Assembly: GCA_028712895.1 (NCBI GenBank)
Contig: JAQTPL010000006.1
Coordinates: 239 to 64,238, forward strand
DNA: 64,000 nt
Origin: a bacterium
GTDB lineage: Bacteria; CAYTYR01; UBA6262
Reading direction: 5' to 3'
The stretch's first letter is position 1. Each line of letters begins with the position of its first letter. This document shows, piece after piece, positions 46,581 to 54,465 of this stretch. The position numbers and the translations under genes are program-made. A model generated the notes under the pieces. That model saw nothing but the letters and a program-made list of their open reading frames with translations. It was not told the origin of the DNA and did not search any database.

Positions 46581-48032
46581 TCATGTTAATAATGTATCCC
46601 TTCCTTTTTCATATTTTAAAATAAGCTGCCGGCCGGCACGGGCTTCATCGATCCGCCCAACCGGACTGGTCAACGGTGCTTTCTTCAACAGTTCCGGATT
46701 TTGTACTGCTTCTGCCGCAAGCTGTTCCAAGGCTTGAATAAAAGTATCCATGGTTTCCTTAGTCTCGGTTTCTGTCGGTTCTATCATCATGGCCTCATGG
46801 ACAATAAGCGGAAAATAGATCGTCGGTGGATGGAACCCGTAATCAATTATCCTCTTGGCAATATCCAGGGTACTGACTGACCAGGCCTGGTGAGGCGTCA
46901 TGACAAATTCATGCATACAGGTCCGGTGATAAGGAACCGGATAAAACTTTGCCAATTTATGCATTAAATAATTGGCGTTCAGCACGGCCTGACGCCCGAC
47001 CTTGGCTATGCCCTCTGCCCCCAGGGCCAAAAAATAAGCATACGCCCGGACCGCAATCAGGAAATTGCCATAAAAAGAGCGGACTTTGCCGATACTGTTG
47101 GCTTGCCGATACTCCCAAAAATAATTTTTCCCTTTTTTTATAACCTGTGGTACCGGTAAAAACGGGATAAGGTCTTTACTTGTGCCCACTGCTCCGGCAC
47201 CTGGCCCGCCACCGCCATGCGGAGTGGAAAATGTCTTGTGCAGGTTGAAATGCATTACATCAAAACCCAGTTCTGCAGGCTTGACCAATCCTAACAAAGC
47301 ATTAAAGTTCGCGCCGTCGCCATATAATAATGCCCCATTTTTATGGACCAGGTGGCTTATCTCAAGAATATTTTTTTCAAACAATCCCAAAGTATTCGGA
47401 TTTGTTAACATCAACGCGGCAACATCCAGGCCCAGATTCTGCTGCAAATCCTCAAGGTCAATATCACCTTGATTGTCACTCTTCACTTGCCTGACCTGGT
47501 ACCCGGCTAAAGCCGCCGTAGCCGGATTCGTGCCATGAGCGGTATCCGGGACAAGTATCACGTTTCGCTTTTGTTCCGGTTGGTTCTTCTGGTGATATGC
47601 TTTGATGAGCAAAATACCGGTTATTTCCCCATGCGCTCCGGCGGCGGGCTGCAAAGTCATCCCTGAAAATCCGCTGACTTCTTTTAGAAAACTCTCTAGC
47701 TCATAGATTATTTTCAAGGCGCCTTGTACACATTCTTCGGGAGAATAGGGATGGATCCCGGCCAAGCCATCAAAATCAGCTACTGTTTCATTTACCTTAG
47801 GATTATACTTCATAGTGCATGAACCTAAAGGATAAAAACCATTGTCTACGCTATAATTCAATTTGGAGAGAGCCGTAAAATGCCTGATTACATCTTGCTC
47901 ACAGGTTTGAGGTAAAGTTACTTCTTCTGCTCCTAAAAATTCGGCCGGTATATGTTTATTCACCGCTGCCGGATCGGCAGCAGGCACATAACTTGTTGGC
48001 TGTGAATGGTATTCAAAAATCACTTTTTCCAA
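46581..48032 (-). CDS. gcvPB: Glycine dehydrogenase (decarboxylating) subunit 2
   Basis: 483 aa, TTG start behind AGAGG. PLP-lysine region NLHKTFSTPHGGGGPG is typical of GcvPB. Confidence 0.95.
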   Translation of the reverse strand: MEKVIFEYHSQPTSYVPAADPAAVNKHIPAEFLGAEEVTLPQTCEQDVIRHFTALSKLNYSVDNGFYPLGSCTMKYNPKVNETVADFDGLAGIHPYSPEECVQGALKIIYELESFLKEVSGFSGMTLQPAAGAHGEITGILLIKAYHQKNQPEQKRNVILVPDTAHGTNPATAALAGYQVRQVKSDNQGDIDLEDLQQNLGLDVAALMLTNPNTLGLFEKNILEISHLVHKNGALLYGDGANFNALLGLVKPAELGFDVMHFNLHKTFSTPHGGGGPGAGAVGTSKDLIPFLPVPQVIKKGKNYFWEYRQANSIGKVRSFYGNFLIAVRAYAYFLALGAEGIAKVGRQAVLNANYLMHKLAKFYPVPYHRTCMHEFVMTPHQAWSVSTLDIAKRIIDYGFHPPTIYFPLIVHEAMMIEPTETETKETMDTFIQALEQLAAEAVQNPELLKKAPLTSPVGRIDEARAGRQLILKYEKGRDTLLT

Positions 48033-48050
48033 TTAAATAACCTCTTTAAT

Positions 48051-48085
48051 TAGCGTATAGCGTATAGCGTGTAGCGTATAGCGTA
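48051..48085. repeat. One-armed tandem heptamer array (TAGCGTA)x5 between gcvPA and gcvPB
   Basis: TAGCGTA TAGCGTA TAGCGTG TAGCGTA TAGCGTA (+TAGG) in exact 7-nt phase with one substitution. On the mRNA strand this is (UAUACGC)n, ending 5 nt before the AGAGG SD of gcvPB. No inverted partner nearby. Confidence 0.85.
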
Positions 48086-48095
48086 TAGGAAAACA

Positions 48096-49436
48096 CTAAT
48101 TCTTTTCTTTTAAGATACGGACCAGGGTGTCGATCTCGGCTTTGGTTCTTTTTTCAGTGACGCAGAATAATAATGACTTTTTAAGTTCCGGATAATATTT
48201 TTTCAACGGTAAACCGCCGATTATATTTTTTCTTAACAGCTTTTTATTCAAGGCCTCTATATTCCCGGGCGCTGTGGCTACAAATTCATTAAAAAAAGCA
48301 GTTTTAAAATTAATTTTCCAGCCTGGTATCCTGGCTACAGCAGCAGCCAGATAATGGGCTCCGGACAAAGAGGCAGTAGCCACATCTTTTAAGCCGGCAG
48401 CACCCATAGAGGAGAGATAAACACAAGCACTTAACGCGCATAAAGCCTCATTGGAACAGATATTACTGGTAGCTCGTTCACGGGGGATATGCTGTTCCCT
48501 GGTCTGTAAGGTCAGCACATAAGCACGTTGTCCCCTGTTGTCAATACTTTCTCCTACTATCCGTCCAGGCATTTTGCGCATGAATTCCTGGCGGCAGGCA
48601 AAAATTCCCAAGTACGGCCCGCCAAAAGAAACCGGTAGTCCCAATGATTGCCCTTCACCCGTAACGATATCAGCGCCGTATTCTGCCGGTTTTTGTAAAA
48701 CACCCAGGCTAACCGGGTAAATGCTGGTGACAAACAAGGCTCCCTGCTTATGGGCCATGGCCCCCAGCTGCTGGACATGTTCCAGGCAGCCGAAAAAATT
48801 CGGCTGCTGCACAACAACAGCTGCCACCTGGTCATTTAACTGGCTTTTCAAGGCAGCCAGGTCGATCAGACCTTCAATAAAAGGTATTTCCTTAATGCTA
48901 ATCCGTGAATTTTTTAAATATGTATGCACTACCTGGCGGTATTCCGGGTGAATGGCCTTAGCCACCAGGACTATATTCCTCTGGGTATGCTCACAAGCCA
49001 GGTGAATTGCCTCATAAAGCGCCGTGGCGCCATCATAGAGGCTGGCATTAGCTACGTCCATCCCGGTCAGGTTACAGATCATCGTCTGGTATTCAAAGAT
49101 CGATTGCAAGGTGCCTTGGCTTATTTCCGGCTGATAAGGAGTATACGCAGTATAAAATTCCCCCCGTTTGGTAATCACCGGTACAGTGCTGGGAATATAA
49201 TGATCATAAGCACCTGCACCTAAAAAACAGCTAAAGTCGGCTACACTGGCGTTTTGACCGGCTACTTCCCGTAGCTGCTTTTTAACTTCCAACTCACTGC
49301 CAGCAGGTGGTAACGCTAAACAGTGGCGAATGATCTTATCTTGCGGAATATCCTTCAAAAGATCTTCTGTTGAAGCTATGCCTAACGCCTGCAACATATC
49401 CTTATTATCAGCATCGGTATTGCCTATATAGTCCAT
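48096..49436 (-). CDS. gcvPA: Glycine dehydrogenase (decarboxylating) subunit 1
   Basis: 446 aa. FLGAGAYDHYIP...YTPYQPEISQG.LQ..FE.Q pattern of GcvPA. Confidence 0.95.
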   Translation of the reverse strand: MDYIGNTDADNKDMLQALGIASTEDLLKDIPQDKIIRHCLALPPAGSELEVKKQLREVAGQNASVADFSCFLGAGAYDHYIPSTVPVITKRGEFYTAYTPYQPEISQGTLQSIFEYQTMICNLTGMDVANASLYDGATALYEAIHLACEHTQRNIVLVAKAIHPEYRQVVHTYLKNSRISIKEIPFIEGLIDLAALKSQLNDQVAAVVVQQPNFFGCLEHVQQLGAMAHKQGALFVTSIYPVSLGVLQKPAEYGADIVTGEGQSLGLPVSFGGPYLGIFACRQEFMRKMPGRIVGESIDNRGQRAYVLTLQTREQHIPRERATSNICSNEALCALSACVYLSSMGAAGLKDVATASLSGAHYLAAAVARIPGWKINFKTAFFNEFVATAPGNIEALNKKLLRKNIIGGLPLKKYYPELKKSLLFCVTEKRTKAEIDTLVRILKEKN

Positions 49437-49438
49437 AA

Positions 49439-49828
49439 CTACTTAGATCCCTCACTGATTAACTTTTCATATTCTTCCGCGGACAGCAAGCTAGATAATT
49501 CCGTGGGAGCAGCTAAAGCTATTTTAATCATCCAGCCGTTAGTGTATGGTTCTTTATTGACCAATTCAGGCTGCTTGCCCAAAGCCTCATTGACACTGAC
49601 CACCATACCGCTGACCGGACTGAACAGATCACTGACCGCTTTTACGCTTTCAGCCACGCCAAAAGATTCTTGCTGTTTCAATTGTCGTTCTACCTTGGGT
49701 AATTCAACAAAGACGATGTCTCCCAGTTCTTCCTGGGCATAATCAGTAATGCCGATTACTATTGTATTATTGCCCACCGCTTTTACCCATTCATGGGATT
49801 TGCTGTATTTCAAGTCCTTTGGAACCAT
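49439..49828 (-). CDS. gcvH: Glycine cleavage system H protein
   Basis: 129 aa. Lipoyl-lysine context VAESVKAVSDLFSPVSG, N-terminal Y.KSHEWV. Confidence 0.95.
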   Translation of the reverse strand: MVPKDLKYSKSHEWVKAVGNNTIVIGITDYAQEELGDIVFVELPKVERQLKQQESFGVAESVKAVSDLFSPVSGMVVSVNEALGKQPELVNKEPYTNGWMIKIALAAPTELSSLLSAEEYEKLISEGSK

Positions 49829-49844
49829 TAAAACCTCCGGTATT

Positions 49845-49930
49845 AGCTTATTGCTCTTAGCTCATAGGTCGTAGGAAAATCTACTGATTTCTTTTTTTTC
49901 CTGCGAGCTACCAGCTACGAGCTACGAACT
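49845..49930. repeat. Intercistronic heptad-word hairpin, AGCTC family (copy 2)
   Basis: 31-nt arms 49845-49875 (AGCTTAT TGCTCTT AGCTCAT AGGTCGT AGG) and 49900-49930 (..GAGCTAC CAGCTAC GAGCTAC GAACT). 22 Watson-Crick + 2 G.U of 31 by hand. The 24-nt loop carries a T-run. Fills the gcvT-gcvH spacer. Confidence 0.75.
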
Positions 49931-49936
49931 GATTTA

Positions 49937-51037
49937 TTAGTCGCGAACATGGCTGGGGACAAAAGGCGTTTTTACTATTGTTGCCGGATATTTTTCTCCC
50001 CTGATCTCGATATTCAGCTTATTATCTAATGCAGCTTCAGCTAATCTGATATATCCCAGGCAAATACTTTTAGCCAAGGTTGGGGAAAATGTCCCGCTGG
50101 TAACCTGACCTACTATCTTCCCGTCTTGGTTAAAGATATGGAATCCATGGCGAGCGATCTGCCGGCCTTGCATGGTCAGACCAGCCAGCTTGCGTGATAG
50201 CCCGGCCTTTTTTATTTGTTCCAGGCTGGTCTTGCCAATAAAATTATCCTTCTCCAATTTTACTGCCCAGTCCAACCCAGCTTTTAGCGGATTAGTATCC
50301 TGGTCAATATCATTTCCGTACAGGGAATATTTCATTTCCAACCGCAAAATATCCCTGGCTCCCAAACCACAGGGGATGGCTCCCTGGTCAATAATGCTTT
50401 GCCAGATTTTTTCTGTATCTGGCTCCGGTTCAGGCTGGGCAAAATAAAATATTTCATAGCCTAGCTCTCCGGTATATCCGGTACGGGAAATAGTCACTGG
50501 CTTGCCGGCGACCTGCCCCTTAGCAAAATGCAAATAATCCAAAACGGCAATCTCTGGCCCGGCCAGTTTGACCATGATATCCCTGGCGCCAGGACCCTGC
50601 AGCGAAATCAGTGAAGTGCTTTCGGAAATATCATTCAACATCACATCATAAAAACTTTTTTGTTCCATCAGGTACTGGTAATCTTTTTCTGTATTCGCGG
50701 CATTTACCACCAATAGATAATTATGCCGGCTGATCTTATTAATGAACAAGTCGTCCACAATGCCGCCGTGATCATAACACATGAGACTGTAAAGACAATC
50801 TCCCGGCGCCATTACTGACACATCATTGGTCATTACCTGCTGCAGAAATTTTTCCGCCTGGTCACCGATAACGGTGATCTCTCCCATATGACAAATATCA
50901 AAGAGACCGGCTTTTTTCCGTACTGCCCAATACTCATCGATAATACTGCTATATTGCACCGGCATCAACCACCCGCCAAACTCAATCAAGCGGGCTTTAT
51001 GCTGCTGGTGCCAATGATAAAGTTTAGTTTGTTTCAA
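49937..51037 (-). CDS. gcvT: Aminomethyltransferase (glycine cleavage T protein)
   Basis: 366 aa. GGWLMPVQY, AGLFDICHMG, ISRTGYTGELGYEI motifs. Confidence 0.95.
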   Translation of the reverse strand: MKQTKLYHWHQQHKARLIEFGGWLMPVQYSSIIDEYWAVRKKAGLFDICHMGEITVIGDQAEKFLQQVMTNDVSVMAPGDCLYSLMCYDHGGIVDDLFINKISRHNYLLVVNAANTEKDYQYLMEQKSFYDVMLNDISESTSLISLQGPGARDIMVKLAGPEIAVLDYLHFAKGQVAGKPVTISRTGYTGELGYEIFYFAQPEPEPDTEKIWQSIIDQGAIPCGLGARDILRLEMKYSLYGNDIDQDTNPLKAGLDWAVKLEKDNFIGKTSLEQIKKAGLSRKLAGLTMQGRQIARHGFHIFNQDGKIVGQVTSGTFSPTLAKSICLGYIRLAEAALDNKLNIEIRGEKYPATIVKTPFVPSHVRD

Positions 51038-51966
51038 TCCTGGAAATCCCCGATCCCCCGCCCTTTGAATAAGGCGATATCAACGACCACGCTGACAAAT
51101 GTGGTTCTTAAGGCCATTTTACTGAGCGCGATCGCTTTGATCAGCACTTTCCGTTTCTTAGGCATTTTTTTAAGTAACGCCGCCAGGTTTCTAGCCTCAG
51201 GGAAAACCTGGTAATTGGGAATAAAAATCAAAAACGCTTCAATATTAAATCCCTGGTAAATTTCTACCAGATTGGCCAGATCCAACTGGGCCCTGAGAGG
51301 ATAGTTATCATCAAAAACATTTTCCAGGCTGAAAGGATGATGTTTCACTGTTTTTAAAACATCCGTTAATCCGGCGAGAAAAAGGCGGGCATTTTCCTGT
51401 TCTCCTTCGGGATATAAAATGCCAACTTTGACTTCATCTTCCTTCGGCACCAGTAACTCTTCCGGCAAATCTTTTTCCTTTTTCAGATACATCGGCTGGA
51501 TCCGGCCGACTTCCAGGGGAATCGGTTCCTCAGTCTCCTGGCCGGGCATCCTGATATCCCCGGGCAAAACAACATTCTTATGCTTGAGCGCTTCTTTGGC
51601 TTCAGCTTTACTGATCCCGCGATCGGATAAATCCTTGATCACCCCGCCAATTTCCCGGGCCAGGTTATCAGCTCTTTCCGGTGCGCCTGTTTTCTTTTTT
51701 GCCTCTGGTAATTCCTGGGCGTCAGCCACGGAAAGCCGCTTCATGAATTTTTCTACTTCCAACCGGGTTTCTTTACTGGACGTATTCAGATAAAAACCCC
51801 AATTATAATCGCCGCGAGCAGCTTTGAGTTGAAAAGGAGGCTGACAAACTTTCTCAAATTTTCCCACCACCCTAAGAACATCTTCACGATCCCCATTAAT
51901 CGATACCAGGTAGCGGTCCTGGTGTTTGTCGTCAAAATAAGATTCTATTTTCCAGCGGATAATCAT
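51034..51966 (-). CDS. Uncharacterised protein, paralogue of the N- and C-terminal domains of the DnaA-like chimera
   Basis: 310 aa. N-terminus MIIRWKIESYF..RYLVSINGDREDVLRV...GDYNWGFYL aligns with [27 protein letters not shown]...KDYNWSFYI. The C-terminal ~120 aa also align. Start overlaps the pilT stop (TAATG); stop overlaps the gcvT start (ATGA). Confidence 0.75.
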   Translation of the reverse strand: MIIRWKIESYFDDKHQDRYLVSINGDREDVLRVVGKFEKVCQPPFQLKAARGDYNWGFYLNTSSKETRLEVEKFMKRLSVADAQELPEAKKKTGAPERADNLAREIGGVIKDLSDRGISKAEAKEALKHKNVVLPGDIRMPGQETEEPIPLEVGRIQPMYLKKEKDLPEELLVPKEDEVKVGILYPEGEQENARLFLAGLTDVLKTVKHHPFSLENVFDDNYPLRAQLDLANLVEIYQGFNIEAFLIFIPNYQVFPEARNLAALLKKMPKKRKVLIKAIALSKMALRTTFVSVVVDIALFKGRGIGDFQD

Positions 51967-53075
51967 TATTTATCCCTCTTGCTTTGGTTATTATTTTCAT
52001 CAACTCCGGTGTAAATACCCCGAACGCTCAACATGAGTTCATCCGGATTAGTAGCATTATCCAGAGCATCTTCCAGGGAGATCTTCCCTTCTTTGTACAA
52101 ATTTAAAAGCGACAGATCAAATGATTGCATGCCGTAAAAAGCTCCCTGTTGCATAGCGGTATAAATACCGGCATCCTTGCCTTCGGCAATCAATTTTCTG
52201 ACAAAAGGGGTAACTGTCAGGATCTCGATGGCCGGGATCCGGCCTTCCTGATCGACCCGCGGGATCAGACGCTGCGCAATAATACCACGCAGGATCTGGC
52301 TGAGCGTCATTCTGATCTGGGTTTGCTGATGCGGAGAATACATATCAACAATACGGTTGACGGTATGGACAGCATCGATAGTGTGAACCGTGGAAATAAC
52401 CAAGTGCCCGGTTTCTCCCCCCATAATAGCGGCATTGACTGTTTCAAAATCTCTCATTTCCCCGATCACGATGACATCCGGGTCCTGGCGCAAGACATGT
52501 TTCAGCGCCTGGCCGAAAGACTTGGTATCGCTGCCCACTTCCCGCTGGCTGACCGTGCTCATTTTATCATTATGATAAAACTCAACGGGATCCTCGATCG
52601 TAATAATATTAGAGCGGCGGGTGGAATTAATAAAATCGATCATAGTGTTTAGGGTAGTAGTTTTACCGGCACCGGTAATCCCGGCAATCAAAATAAGACC
52701 GCGGTTATGGCTGGTTATTTTACGCATCGTTTCGCTGGGCAGGTTTAATTCTTCAAAGGTTTTAGGCGAGGGAGGAATAACCCGCAAACTTAACGCGATC
52801 CCGCCTTTTTGCCGGTATAAGTTGACCCGAAAACGAGATACTCCCTCTACTTCGTAGCCAAGGTCTAGTTCATCATCTTTCTCGAATTTTTTTTGTTGTT
52901 TCTCATTCATCAGGTTATAGGCCAGCTGTTCGATATTCTCGCTGGTTAAAGGACTGGATTCAGCAGCCATTAGTTTACCATTAAACCGCAGCATAGGAGG
53001 ACTGCCTGCTTTGAAGTGAATATCTGAGATACTGCGTTTGACCATCAGTTGCAAGAGATCGTCAACATTCATCAT
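51966..53075 (-). CDS. pilT: PilT-family type IV pilus retraction ATPase
   Basis: 369 aa. GLILIAGITGAGKTTT (Walker A), IITIEDPVEF, DPDVIVIGEMRD (Walker B/Asp box), GHLVISTVHT (His box). Confidence 0.9.
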   Translation of the reverse strand: MMNVDDLLQLMVKRSISDIHFKAGSPPMLRFNGKLMAAESSPLTSENIEQLAYNLMNEKQQKKFEKDDELDLGYEVEGVSRFRVNLYRQKGGIALSLRVIPPSPKTFEELNLPSETMRKITSHNRGLILIAGITGAGKTTTLNTMIDFINSTRRSNIITIEDPVEFYHNDKMSTVSQREVGSDTKSFGQALKHVLRQDPDVIVIGEMRDFETVNAAIMGGETGHLVISTVHTIDAVHTVNRIVDMYSPHQQTQIRMTLSQILRGIIAQRLIPRVDQEGRIPAIEILTVTPFVRKLIAEGKDAGIYTAMQQGAFYGMQSFDLSLLNLYKEGKISLEDALDNATNPDELMLSVRGIYTGVDENNNQSKRDK

Positions 53076-53088
53076 AAACCCCTTTTTT

Positions 53089-53320
53089 AGTGTGGTGTGT
53101 CTAATATATCTTTACATTTGCGGGAGCTATTTTTTTCTGATTCAAGGCGCGAGAAACGCCGCGGGCCTTCAGGCACGTAAGCGACGAGCAACACAGAAGC
53201 AGGGAAAAAGAGCCCCGCCCGGAGGGAAGGACGTCTTTGGCCGACTACTGCGTCGTTCCTCCTTGTATTCGGCTTAAATCCATTCCTTCAAATAAAAAGA
53301 TATATTAGACACGCCACACT
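53089..53320. repeat. 232-nt structured repeat element, copy 1 (candidate ncRNA or MITE-like element)
   Basis: 25-bp closing inverted repeat AGTGTGGTGTGTCTAATATATCTTT (53089-53113) / AAAGATATATTAGACACGCCACACT (53296-53320): 24 WC + 1 G.U. Internal helix 53120-53143 x 53196-53218 (19 WC + 2 G.U by hand). Helix 53221-53233 x 53251-53262 (11 WC). Core repeated at 55936-56155. Confidence 0.7.
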
Positions 53321-53321
53321 G

Positions 53322-53996
53322 CTATCTCTTTTTATCTCCGGAAACAAGATCAACAGCATGACTGGTGCCGATCCGGGTAGCACCGGCTTCCATCAGGATA
53401 TAAGCTTGCTCGGCAGTATCGATCCCACCACTAGCCTTAACACCCATTTCTATGCCCACTACCTGGCGGATCAGCTTAATGTCATCAACTGTCGCCCCGC
53501 TGTTACTAAAACCCGTGGAAGTTTTAATAAAATTAACACCCTGCATGCAGGCAATCTCGCAAGCCTTAATTTTTTCTTCTTTACTAAGCAGACAGGTCTC
53601 CAGTATCACTTTCAGCACATGACCGCTGGTAACGTTGCGTACCATTTTTATTTCTTCATCTATGATCTCAGGTTCATTCGATTTAAGAGCGCCGATATTC
53701 AAAACCATATCGATTTCATCAGCACCGCTCAGTAATGCGTTACGGGCTTCAATGCTCTTGATCGTGGAGGTGCTGGCACCCAGCGGGAAACCGATCACGG
53801 CTGTAACTTTAATACCGCTCCCATGCAATAGTTTTACCGCGAGTGGCACATAACTTGGATTAACACAAACTGTAGCAAAACGGTACTTTATAGCCTCCTG
53901 GCAAGCGCGTTCAATATCAGCACTTGTGGCCTCAGGTTTTAATACAGCATAATCAATAATTTGCGCTAATTTTTGGTCAAAATCCATAGCCAACAC
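53322..53996 (-). CDS. deoC: Deoxyribose-phosphate aldolase
   Basis: 224 aa. IDYAVLKPEAT..., VCVNP, FIKTSTGF (Schiff-base Lys context), VKASGGI. Confidence 0.93.
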   Translation of the reverse strand: MLAMDFDQKLAQIIDYAVLKPEATSADIERACQEAIKYRFATVCVNPSYVPLAVKLLHGSGIKVTAVIGFPLGASTSTIKSIEARNALLSGADEIDMVLNIGALKSNEPEIIDEEIKMVRNVTSGHVLKVILETCLLSKEEKIKACEIACMQGVNFIKTSTGFSNSGATVDDIKLIRQVVGIEMGVKASGGIDTAEQAYILMEAGATRIGTSHAVDLVSGDKKR

Positions 53997-54002
53997 CAGT
54001 TA

Positions 54003-54452
54003 TTATTCCTTCATATATTTTTTCTCGATCGCAGTTATCTTATCGATGCGACGCATATGCCGGTCCCGGCCAAAAGGGGTTTCCAGCCAAGCTTTGATCA
54101 TTTGTTCCATATCTGATTCACTGGTTAAACCGCTTAAGCAAAGCACATTAGCCTGGTTATGTTCGCTCGCTAACCTGGCTTGGTCTGCCTGGCAGCAAAG
54201 AGCAGCCCGGATCCTAGGTACCTTATTGGCGGCAATGCACATGCCAATACCTGTTTTACACAGTAATACTCCCCTGGCGGCCTTCCCTTGCGATATGTCC
54301 TCGGCTACCCGTAAAGCGATATCAGGATAATCAACACTATCCTTAGTATTGGTGCCCAGATCTTTAACTTCATGGCCGAGCTGAGTTAAAAAATCCTTAA
54401 TTTTTTCTTTCAGCTCCACGCCGCCATGATCGCTGCCTATGGCGATGATCAT
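54003..54452 (-). CDS. rpiB: Ribose-5-phosphate isomerase B
   Basis: 149 aa. IAIGSDHGG.ELK, G.LLCKTGIGMCIAANK, EHN.ANVL.L. Confidence 0.93.
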   Translation of the reverse strand: MIIAIGSDHGGVELKEKIKDFLTQLGHEVKDLGTNTKDSVDYPDIALRVAEDISQGKAARGVLLCKTGIGMCIAANKVPRIRAALCCQADQARLASEHNQANVLCLSGLTSESDMEQMIKAWLETPFGRDRHMRRIDKITAIEKKYMKE

Positions 54453-54465
54453 TGTTTACCTCGGA

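Noticed and set aside
48051-48085. Possible CRISPR-like or minisatellite array
   Set aside because: The units are 7 nt and contiguous with no spacers, and there are no cas genes in the window. It is a tandem heptamer array, not a CRISPR.
51038-51966. Expected glycine riboswitch upstream of gcvT
   Set aside because: The sequence upstream of gcvT is coding (the 310-aa paralogue) and overlaps the gcvT start by 4 nt. There is no room or motif for a riboswitch.
53038-53277. 79-aa plus-strand ORF running through copy 1 of the structured element
   Set aside because: It starts inside pilT on the antisense strand, and the frame is not maintained in copy 2 (55936-56155). It is therefore not a conserved coding feature of the repeat.
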